A DNA stretch of 31,766 bases from Promethearchaeota archaeon (GTDB lineage Archaea > Asgardarchaeota > Lokiarchaeia > Sigyniarchaeales > SOKP01), in contig SDNY01000034.1 in assembly GCA_004524535.1 (NCBI GenBank), positions 1 through 31,766 of the forward strand. Reading direction: 5' to 3'. The notes under the pieces are model-generated. The model worked only from the letters and a program-made list of their open reading frames with translations, did not search any database and was not told the origin of the DNA. This document shows positions 9,443-18,029 of this stretch, in pieces. Position numbers and translations under genes: made by a program. How positions within the stretch are numbered: the stretch's first letter is position 1; each line of letters begins with the position of its first letter.

Positions 9443-10555
9443 TTACATTAATTCTTTTTCTTTCAAAATTCGAGGTAAATCTCTCTTTAAAGCAAATGCA
9501 CTCGTGTATTTTTTCTCACCATCAATGAGAACACAGTTACTACTTATATTTAAATCTCTTGCTTCAACTGAATTTAATGGTTTTGTTTCATACTCAATAT
9601 ATTTAATATATGGGGTGAGAACTTCAAATATTCGATTCATATACTGAGACCATTCACAAGCACAAGCATTTAGGGGAACATATATATCAACTTGTAATTT
9701 TAGACTTTTATCAATTTTTCTCTCCTTTTTTATAGCTTCTACTTTTATGCTGACAACAGAATTTGCTATGTCTTTTAATTCCTCATTTGACATATTTATT
9801 TGCTTAATTGTTTCTAAGAATCTTGGATTAATAGTTAAAACATCTATGGGAAAGCTAGTTTGATCTAAAATTTTGATATCTTCAAATCCCACATTCTTCA
9901 TAGTTTTTAGATATTGTTTCTTTAACACTGCACCAGCTACACATCCGATATAGGCTTCCATTGAATTTATGATAAAATCAGGAAGTTCTTTCAATAATAC
10001 TATATCTGAAACCATTAAACGACCATTATGTTTTAAAACCCGAAACGCTTCTTGAAAAGCTCTCTCCTTACTTGGAACTAGATTGATTACGCAATTAGAA
10101 ATGATCAAATCTATAACCTTATCGGAAACTGGAAGGTTCTCAATTTCTCCTAATCTAAATTCTACATTATTAAAATTACTTTTATCTGCATTTTTTCTCG
10201 CTGCAGAGATCATCTCTGGTGTCATATCAACACCAATAACTTTTCCTGTTTTTCCAACCTTTTGAACAGCAAGGAAAGCATCAAATCCAGCTCCTGATCC
10301 CAAGTCTAAGACAATATCTCCTTCTTTTATAGAAGCTAGGGCAACAGGATTTCCACAACCAAGGCCAAGATTAGCCCCTTCAGGTACGGAATTAAGTTCC
10401 TCTTCTGTATATCCTATATTTTTACTTATATCTTTCATAATATCAGATTCAGAACTTCCACAACAAGAACTCATAGGTCCACAGCATGAGTTTCCAGATT
10501 GCACTACTTTAGCATAACCAGTTCTTACAATTTTTTTTATTTCTTCTTCATTCAT
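9443..10555 (-). CDS. arsM: Arsenite methyltransferase with an extra C-terminal thioredoxin/ArsD-like domain
   Basis: N-terminal SCCG..SCCG, GLGCGNP, LDLGSGAGFD, ISNCVINL, GCVAGA; about 90-aa tail with CACEW. Confidence 0.93.
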   Translation of the reverse strand: MNEEEIKKIVRTGYAKVVQSGNSCCGPMSSCCGSSESDIMKDISKNIGYTEEELNSVPEGANLGLGCGNPVALASIKEGDIVLDLGSGAGFDAFLAVQKVGKTGKVIGVDMTPEMISAARKNADKSNFNNVEFRLGEIENLPVSDKVIDLIISNCVINLVPSKERAFQEAFRVLKHNGRLMVSDIVLLKELPDFIINSMEAYIGCVAGAVLKKQYLKTMKNVGFEDIKILDQTSFPIDVLTINPRFLETIKQINMSNEELKDIANSVVSIKVEAIKKERKIDKSLKLQVDIYVPLNACACEWSQYMNRIFEVLTPYIKYIEYETKPLNSVEARDLNISSNCVLIDGEKKYTSAFALKRDLPRILKEKELM

Positions 10556-10725
10556 TATTTTTCACTCTCCCAAAAACCTTTTTTATTTAAATATATTCCT
10601 AAATAGACCAATGATAACATGATTGGAACTTCCCAGAAAATATTAAATTTCTTTTTATTATAAGCAAATGCTTGTTCTCCATATCTCCCATGAGATATTA
10701 TTCCAACCTTTAGATTTTCTATCAT
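10555..10725 (-). pseudogene. 56-aa deletion chimera: DUF166-like N-terminus fused in frame to the Acr3 C-terminal helix
   Basis: MIENLKVGIISHGRYGEQAF... joined to FWEVPIMLSLVYLGIYLNKKGFWESEK, which nearly matches acr3 exon 3; TAATG overlap with arsM. Confidence 0.75.
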
Positions 10726-10794
10726 TTTTGAAAATACAAATTATTATTTTAATTTTAGGCCTTAAGATATTAAAATAATGGACTAAATTTATAC

Positions 10795-10843
10795 TTATCG
10801 ATTTAGGGAGGAAAGATTAATTAAATTTATATTTATCGATTTA
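10795..10843. promoter_or_regulatory. Repeated TTATCGATTTA motif, candidate ArsR site
   Basis: Copies at 10795-10805 and 10833-10843, and again at 14502-14512 upstream of the paralogous arsR. Confidence 0.45.
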
Positions 10844-10885
10844 TATTATTTATACAGAGAATTAAGACAATTTTATTTATTTTAG

Positions 10886-11269
10886 GTGTTAATTATTAAT
10901 ATCGAGCGACAAGAAGAAATTAAAAAAATGTTAAGTTGTTGTAAAGATTATTGTAGTGGTTATTTCCAAGATTTACAAACAAAAGGCTCTGAACTCAAAA
11001 TAAAAGAGGAATTTAAGAACTTAGAGACCTTTTTCAATGCATTAGCTTCTAAGGAGCGTCTCATAATTATCGAGACTTTAAAGGATCAAGACCGCTGCGT
11101 TTGCGAATTAGAGGCTATTTTGGATAAATCTCAATCTACAATTTCTCACCACTTAAGAAAACTTGAGAAAGCTGAATTGATTTATTCTTTTAGGAAGGGG
11201 AATTATACATATTATGGGCTTATTAAAGAAAAATTAAATACTTATTTGAAATATTTAATAAAGAGATAA
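10886..11269 (+). CDS. arsR: ArsR/SmtB family regulator (2)
   Basis: N-terminal SCCKDYC, DRCVCELE, SQSTISHHLRKL. Confidence 0.92.
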   Translation: MLIINIERQEEIKKMLSCCKDYCSGYFQDLQTKGSELKIKEEFKNLETFFNALASKERLIIIETLKDQDRCVCELEAILDKSQSTISHHLRKLEKAELIYSFRKGNYTYYGLIKEKLNTYLKYLIKR

Positions 11270-11553
11270 ATACAATTAAAAATGAACTTATTCTTTAATC
11301 ATTTCCTTAAAGGAATTTAGATTTTAAATGAAGACTTTGTGATTACATTCTTAAAATTCAAGAGAAATTTATCTTTTTCATTCTATTATATGTAAAAAAC
11401 TTCATTTTAATTGGTTAGTGGAGATGAAGCTCAAAAAGCTTCAATCTTGAGAGAAACTTAGATTCCCAATCATAAATTACAAAACAAATAGACACATGAA
11501 ATATTTTAAAAATGTTATTTAGTAAGAATATAGCAAGAATCGAGCTAGGTTAA

Positions 11554-13190
11554 ATGAAAGAAATCAATAAAGATCAGCTAAAACCAGTCAATACATTAGC
11601 TTTAGAGAATTATAAAGATTTTATCAGAATGAATTTTTCAGGTCTAAGGAATCTAGAATTCATATCAACAAATTTTATTGAAAATTTACTAGACCAAATC
11701 AAAGCTATTCTAGGTGATGTACCAGATAAAAAAATTGCTGAGATACTTTATCATACATCTGATGGTTCTGAAGCTTTAGCTTTTGCTACGTTAAAACATA
11801 CGAAAAATGATAATCCAAATTCATTAATAGATGAAAATCTTTTAGATATTTGGTTTTTAAATCTTAAACGTGAGTTTCCAAGATATATTAGTACTTTTTT
11901 CAACATGATACATAATTACAAATTAATATATGCTGAAAAATGCGTTTTTGATTTAGTTGATAAATGGGATTCTTACTGCATTAAAGTGCAAAATCGGGGA
12001 CTGAATATGGAGACAAAAATGTTTGATTTTATTAAATCTGCGTTGAAAGGTATTCTTATAGAAGAAATGTCATTTATACTTTCATGTGGAATTCCTAACC
12101 ATAAAAAATTTCTTGTTCACTACAAACATTTATATCGTGCGGTATGTTCTTTATGTTCGAGAATTGAAAAATCGCTTTCATATCAGGATTTTGTCAGAGA
12201 AGTAGAACAGAGAAATGCAAAACTTGGATTTACCAAATCTGAATTTATAGATCGAATAACTAAGGAATTCAATAAACCACGAGATAAACAGCTAAAAGTT
12301 TCTGAAATTTTGTTTCCATTCATTTGTAATAAACATGGGAAATTAAAATTAGTATGGAACGTATTAAATCTGGTATTTGGTGTGCAGAATGTTATCATGA
12401 TAGAAGCAGATTAACGGTTAAGCAAATAATTGAGCGAGGGAAAAAATATAATTTTAATTTGGAAACTCCATTAAGCATAGTTAGTAAATTAAAACAACCA
12501 TCCAGAGAAGTATTAGAATGGTCTTGTATATATCATCCAAGCTTTAGATTTAAATCAAATCCCGATGATTATAGTTTAGATCTAAAATCTTGTGATATTT
12601 GTTCTGGAGGGCGAATAACGAGAGAAAGGATAATGCGTTATTTGCTTTCCAGACTATTTGGTAAAAATTTTGGTGAAAAACCAACACCATTACATACAAT
12701 ACTTCCTTTTGATGATGTTGCTCACTTATTGCCTAGTGATTATAGTACATTGAAGAGTTATAGACTTATGCATTTTGACGCATTTTGCTATATAGATAAG
12801 ATAATAGATAATAATTATGTTACTCTTAGTATCGCAGGTGGATATTGGGATCGCGAACACTCATCCTTAGAGCAATATATAGATAGATTTAGACATACAT
12901 CTCCTAGAAATGGAAGCCATCGAAATGATTATCTACATTTAAAATCGAGTGATAGATTCAAACAAGTTTTGAAGGATTACAGATTAATTGATATTTATAT
13001 TATAGTTGATCACACCTTACAACGTGATGATTTTCTAGGATCAATAATCTCTCAGTTTGAACAACAGATTAGGAAACTATTTAAATTAAAAAATTATCAT
13101 CTCACAAATATACCTCGTTGTAATTGGAGAGATTTAAAGCAAATCGACAAACTAAGACAAACTTTTGGTGACATAGTACGATTTATCTAA
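11554..13190 (+). pseudogene. Frameshifted zinc-ribbon plus VSR/PD-(D/E)XK-like nuclease gene (ORFs 11554-12414 and 12354-13190)
   Basis: A -1 shift near 12340 gives CNKHG-EIKISMERIKSGIWCAEC; second unit WSCIYHP..CDIC; C-terminal HFDAF...IAGGYWDREH. Confidence 0.55.
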
Positions 13191-13290
13191 TAACTTTTTT
13201 ATTCTCACTTTTTTAATGATTTGAGTTTAGATAATGATAAATTCACGTAATTTAGTATAGATAAAAAAGAAAAAAAAAAAATTAAAATTT

Positions 13291-14443
13291 CTACTCTGTT
13301 TTCTCTTCCCTACTCTCCCAGAATCCTTTTTTATTTAGAAATATTCCGATATAGACCAACGACAACATTATAGGAACTTCCCAGAATGACCCTTTCATAG
13401 TAAATCTATGAATCGTATAGTCCCATGGTAGTCCCTAATGCCGCGATTGATCCAACTCCATACATAGCAATTGCGACGGCAATAGCAATCTCAAAGTGGC
13501 TTGAAGATCCAATGATTATAGTAATTATTGCCTCTCGATAACTTAATTTTGTTAATTTTGTAATTATAATATTAATACTGACAACTATCGCAAATCCTAT
13601 AAGAAGTGGGATTGTAATCAGCAGCAATAAATCTGGACGCCGAACGATTATTTGCCCGTTTAAAGAGAATAATACAACCAAAGTCATTAAAAGCGCGCCG
13701 ATTGCTATTTTTGAAATCGCAGGTCTATATTTATTGTCAAACCAGTCTTCTCCTTTCGCATTTATCAAAAGTTTCTTACTTATTATCCCCAGCAATAATG
13801 GAGCTCCAATAAAAATAAACAATGAAATTAGCAAAAGAACTGGATCCAAAGGTATATTTTTTTCCAAAGTAATATTTGCGATGAATACCATGAGCATAAT
13901 TACCGGAATATATAGTACGATGATCGTCGCTGTATTTATGCTGGTTGTTATTACATTTTGTTCCTGATTCCCCTTAGCCATGTTTAGGGTCTATAAGGTA
14001 AATCCTAATATTAGATATCCCCAAACGAGAACCATGGCTGTGCAAGGACTGCTACTAAGCAGAATAATCGCAAATATTAACTGCTCATCTTCTAAAAACA
14101 AAATCGCCATTGCTATACCTATTAAAGGTGCAATTATCCAATTTGAAATTAAAGTGAGAATGATAGGTTTCGGATTTTTGCCTAATTTTTTAATTTCAGA
14201 TGCTTGAAGATTTAACATCGCGGGATACATCATAAAAAATAAGCAAATACCAATTGGTATTGAAATCCCTCTCACTTGCCATGAGTCTATTGATTCGCTT
14301 ATAGTCGGAATCACGTTAGATAGAAAGATTCCGAGAGCCATGCATAAAATAATCCAGATCGGAAGGAGTTTTTCAAAATAACCTAATCCTTTTCGCTTTT
14401 CTTCTTTATTTTCTAATTTTTCTTTATTGTTTAATTCATTCAT
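13291..14443 (-). CDS. acr3: Acr3 arsenite efflux permease, three exons (14443-14017, 13983-13417, 13385-13291), 362 aa after splicing
   Basis: MMYPAM, SNWIIAP, PCTAMVLVWGY|MAKGN, SSHFEIAIAVAIAMYG, MGLF|WEVPIML; exon lengths 427+567+95 = 1089 nt with no internal stop. Confidence 0.88.
13386..13416 (-). other. 31-nt BHB-type intron 2 in acr3
   Basis: GACU/GGUC 4-bp helix, bulges AU^A and AU^U, inner stem UUCAUAG/CUAUGAA; contains an in-frame UAG and shifts the frame. Confidence 0.82.
13984..14016 (-). other. 33-nt BHB/BHL-type intron 1 in acr3
   Basis: GGGG/CCCU 4-bp helix, bulges AU^A and AA^A, inner UCUA/UAGA and AGG/CCU, exon-exon stem AGCCAUG/CAUGGCU; in-frame UAG. Confidence 0.8.
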
Positions 14444-14469
14444 TTTTTTATTTTAGAATAATTTTAGTT

Positions 14470-14512
14470 TGAGATATTAACAAATTATCTCACATAAAAA
14501 TTTATCGATTTA
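14470..14512. promoter_or_regulatory. Candidate operator region between acr3 and arsR
   Basis: Inverted repeat TGAGATA-N9-TATCTCA plus TTATCGATTTA. Confidence 0.4.
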
Positions 14513-14578
14513 AATAAAAATTTATAAATCTGTCTTTGCATTATAATAATTAGAAGTATTTTTTAATAAGAAGATTAG

Positions 14579-14989
14579 GTGTTTATCATTAAAGTCAAGC
14601 GTGTAAATGAAATTAAAGCAATGCTATGTTGTTGTGAAGATATCACAAATACAAATGAATATTTTAAAGAATTAAAAGAATTAGGAGAAAATTTGAGAAA
14701 TAATAATCAATTAAATAGTCTCCTTGTTTTTCTTAATGCTTTAAGTAATAAAGAACGCCTCATAATATTTAGCTCTTTAAAAGAGAAAGATAGATGTGTT
14801 TGTGAATTAGAAATAATTCTAAATAAATCTCAACCTTCAATATCTCATCATTTAAGAATACTTGAGGGTGCTGGTTTAATCCGAGGATGGAAAAAAGGAA
14901 AATTTACATATTACGGAATAGAACATAAAAATTTTAAAATAAGTCAAACGGATTTTATTGAGAATTTAACTTTAGAAAAAATTGCCTAA
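14579..14989 (+). CDS. arsR: ArsR/SmtB family regulator (3)
   Basis: MLCCCED, DRCVCELE, SQPSISHHLRIL; clear paralogue of 10886-11269. Confidence 0.92.
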   Translation: MFIIKVKRVNEIKAMLCCCEDITNTNEYFKELKELGENLRNNNQLNSLLVFLNALSNKERLIIFSSLKEKDRCVCELEIILNKSQPSISHHLRILEGAGLIRGWKKGKFTYYGIEHKNFKISQTDFIENLTLEKIA

Positions 14990-15229
14990 TAATCTATATT
15001 GACCAAACTCTGGTGTATTATGATTGTAAAGAGGTAAATCTTTTGGAATTTTTATATAAGTATTGTTTTTTAATTCTTTGACAATATATATATATCTTTT
15101 CAAATTCTGACTCAATTGTTTTCACACTTGTTTTATCAGATATTATATTTTTCATTATTTATTTATGATTTTACTTTATTGGTAACCTTTGCATTAAAAC
15201 TGAAATAAAACGAGTAGAAGACAAAAAAA

Positions 15230-15649
15230 TTAAAAGGAATAGACTATAAGATCCTCAATCTTTTCAAAATGCTTTCGATTATTCGTAATGATTTCTTTAA
15301 ATTCATTTGTAAGTATTACAGCTGAAATTAGGCAATCAAAAATATCTATTTCTTGACCTTTACCTTTCAATTTCATATGTATTTTTGCCCCGAGATTAGC
15401 AGCATTTTCATTTAAGGAAAATGTTTCTAACCGGTTAATGAATTTCTTTAAATCTCCATTGAGTCTTTGGTATTCTTGCTTTGAAATTTTTTTCTTCAGA
15501 TATTTTAACTTATAAATACCAAGAAAAAGTTCAAAAATGGAAGGGCTAGTTATTCCAAATTTATCTGTCTTGAATTTATTCAACACTTCTTCAAGAGTAA
15601 CAGCACCATTTAGAATCTCAATGGCACTACTTGTATCTAAAAAAATCAT
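15230..15649 (-). CDS. vapC: PIN-domain toxin
   Basis: IFLDTS, FEL, FDCLISA, ITNNRKHF. Confidence 0.93.
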   Translation of the reverse strand: MIFLDTSSAIEILNGAVTLEEVLNKFKTDKFGITSPSIFELFLGIYKLKYLKKKISKQEYQRLNGDLKKFINRLETFSLNENAANLGAKIHMKLKGKGQEIDIFDCLISAVILTNEFKEIITNNRKHFEKIEDLIVYSF

Positions 15650-15651
15650 AA

Positions 15652-15885
15652 TTATGAAAATCTCTTATTAATCTCTCTACGCATCTCTTTATGAGCCTCT
15701 TCCATTATTTCGAAGTACTCTTTTGGTAAATCCTTCCAAATTCCAAAAAATTCACTGATACCTTTTGATTCCTTGGTAATACCTAACATGCGTTCGATAA
15801 CATCAGAAATACTTTCATTTTTTTTTTTTTTTTCGTTTAGTCTATTGTAAACTTCTTCAGAGATATCAATTGTTTTATATGTCAT
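15652..15885 (-). CDS. vapB: Archaeal VapB antitoxin (DUF217-like)
   Basis: KTIDISEEVYNRL...ESISDVIERM...FFGIW; 2 nt upstream of vapC. Confidence 0.9.
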   Translation of the reverse strand: MTYKTIDISEEVYNRLNEKKKKNESISDVIERMLGITKESKGISEFFGIWKDLPKEYFEIMEEAHKEMRREINKRFS

Positions 15886-15996
15886 ACTTATTCTAACAAA
15901 ATATGTCTTTTTAATTATTTATTTATATCTATAAAAAACAAATACTTAAATCATCCTAATTAAAAATTCAGGTAATATATGCTAATAAATATTCTA

Positions 15997-16212
15997 CTAA
16001 CTTTTGAGTTCTCTTAAAATATTTTCTAATATTTCAATTATGCGTTCTTTATAGCCAATTTGATAAGGAGACTCATATGAAAATGCTCTCCAATACGGGC
16101 GTTTATGTCCAACTTTAAATTTTACGCATTTCATAGATGTCATATAAGAATTTGCATTCAATTTAGCAGCAATTTGGTCCGCTATGATATACCAATGAAA
16201 TTGTGTTTTGAC
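15997..16212 (-). pseudogene. 3' half copy of the 19975-20409 gene
   Basis: KTQFHWYIIADQIA...FKVGHKRPYWR is nearly identical to the full gene. Confidence 0.85.
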
Positions 16213-16307
16213 AATTATAGTCATTATGGGCTCATTAAGGAAATTTTAAATGGGTTTTTTAAGAGATTCAATAACGAGAGCAATACAAGTATAAGTTAAT
16301 TATTAGT

Positions 16308-16676
16308 CTATTTTCTCAAATCGTTTAATTCTCTTATAAATTCTTTCAAATTTGGTTTTTCTAACTCATTGATTTTATTTTTATAATGTTTATGATGTGG
16401 GAAGGATTTTAATTCTTTATGATGTGGAGCATTATCATATCTTAAAATAGAAATCTTTTCTTTAATATAAACATAAGAATATTTTAGTAATTTACCTGAA
16501 AAATAAAATTCAAAAATTTCAACATAATCTTTTTTATCTAAAAATCCTTTTAATCTGAAATGGCCAGTGCTAGGATTATCCGTTGCAATTTTAATAGAAA
16601 TCAGTTTTAGACTTTTAAGGGAAAGTTGAGCTAACTCGTTCGAAGCGAGCTCAGCTCTCTTTAATACGCTTTTCAA
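16308..16676 (-). CDS. DUF6516/TumE-like putative toxin
   Basis: KYSY...LRYDNAPHH...FPHHKH; exact start uncertain. Confidence 0.8.
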   Translation of the reverse strand: MKSVLKRAELASNELAQLSLKSLKLISIKIATDNPSTGHFRLKGFLDKKDYVEIFEFYFSGKLLKYSYVYIKEKISILRYDNAPHHKELKSFPHHKHYKNKINELEKPNLKEFIRELNDLRK

Positions 16677-16911
16677 TCTGCTTCAGCTCGTTTTCTACAT
16701 TTTGTAAACTTTCGGATAAGCCTTCCCATTCTAAAAATTCTTCTAAAAGTATATGGTCTTCTGGCTCAGGAATTTCCTTAGACTTCCATTTTTCTACAAA
16801 CTCCCTTGTTGTCATCCCATATTTAGATTCAAAAGTCTTTAGCTCTCCTAAAACCCATTCCCTTAAATCAATTTTTTTTTTTAATAAATCTATTTCCTCA
16901 ATTAAAGTCAA
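16651..16911 (-). CDS. Putative cognate antitoxin (TumA-like)
   Basis: FESKYGMTTREFVEKW...FLEWE; TTG at 16911 after GGAGG; overlaps the DUF6516 gene. Confidence 0.75.
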   Translation of the reverse strand: MTLIEEIDLLKKKIDLREWVLGELKTFESKYGMTTREFVEKWKSKEIPEPEDHILLEEFLEWEGLSESLQNVENELKQIEKRIKES

Positions 16912-17122
16912 AGAAATCCTCCGAGTTTTTATTATCAACTTAATTATGTAAAAAAAAACATAAAAATTTTTGCGCAAGTATAGATAATTTATTTAAAATT
17001 CCTTAAATCATCCAAATATAATGTCATTTTTGATGATGAATACTTTAGATAATAATCACAAGTATTTATTTACGTTTGCGAAGATTTTTTATAGTTAATT
17101 TATATTCAATTATTAGAAAAAA

Positions 17123-17941
17123 ATGACACAGAAAAAATCCGACCCACTCTCACATTCGGCTGAAGAAGCGGAAGAATGGAGGTCAACTCGAATAGAGAAT
17201 GCACCTCCCGACTTGTATGATCCATCGAAACCTCGATTGGGAAGGCGAGAGAGTGAACCGCACGCTGCGGAAGTTACTTACCTCCGGGACGTTCTAACAA
17301 CTAATTTCCCTAAGGGTAGAGCGCTTTGGGATTTACACCACTATTTCATCGCCTCTAAAGGCGTATTTAAAGGAAAAAAGATCGATCTTCAGCTAGATGT
17401 ATCGTTCTTTAAGGAGCTAACTATATCATTTGCCATACCATCGTATGATGCAACGATGTATGAAGGAAAGATTCCAGATATGGGCATCAATGTGCTTTCT
17501 AAAAGTACTTGGAGGGAGGACATTAGCGAAATTGTTGAAACTTGCAAGGATTTGTCTATTCCGGTATATGCTGTTTTCAGTCCCTATCTCGTGACTAGTA
17601 AAAGATATGCCCCGCCATTTCTGAGGGTTTATATCCTACAAGATGATGGGTCTTATAAGCAGGAAGATCTTCGCGCCATAACCATTGAAGAAGGAGGCTC
17701 GATTGATGAGCCTCAGATTCTCGACCTTAGCGACAAATTGCCATTTCGTTTAGGTTTAATGCGATTAAAACAACAATTTTTAGGTGGGAAACCCCTTTTT
17801 AGATTGATTCTTATAGATCCCTTAGAACTGCGAGTATTGCCTACCAGGAGAGAAAGAGAAGTGGCTGAGGGTGAAAAGAAAGCGGAAGAGGCAAAAAAGG
17901 AACTTCAAGAATATCGTGATAAATTCGGAGAATTAAGATAA
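17123..17941 (+). CDS. Uma2/DUF820-like PD-(D/E)XK fold protein
   Basis: SEPH, DVSFF, PDMGINVLSKST, IPVYAVF, C-terminal coiled tail; visibly higher GC than flanks. Confidence 0.65.
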   Translation: MTQKKSDPLSHSAEEAEEWRSTRIENAPPDLYDPSKPRLGRRESEPHAAEVTYLRDVLTTNFPKGRALWDLHHYFIASKGVFKGKKIDLQLDVSFFKELTISFAIPSYDATMYEGKIPDMGINVLSKSTWREDISEIVETCKDLSIPVYAVFSPYLVTSKRYAPPFLRVYILQDDGSYKQEDLRAITIEEGGSIDEPQILDLSDKLPFRLGLMRLKQQFLGGKPLFRLILIDPLELRVLPTRREREVAEGEKKAEEAKKELQEYRDKFGELR

Positions 17942-18029
17942 GCTTGTAATTCCAAATTTTTCTGTATTAAATTTAATCAACACATTTTCAAGAAAAACAG
18001 CGTCATTTAAGATTTAGATATCACTAGTT

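Noticed and set aside
12330-12350. Programmed -1 frameshift in the nuclease-like gene
   Set aside because: GGGAAAT is not in the X_XXY_YYZ register of the upstream frame; a 1-nt deletion or sequencing error is simpler
13261-13290. Long A/T homopolymer runs (also near 15818)
   Set aside because: Consistent with an archaeal poly-U terminator or Lys codons; frames are intact
13291-14443. acr3 as an ordinary pseudogene, or amber (pyrrolysine) read-through
   Set aside because: Both lesions are structured inserts whose BHB cuts restore conserved motifs exactly; the 31-nt insert shifts frame, so read-through cannot fix it
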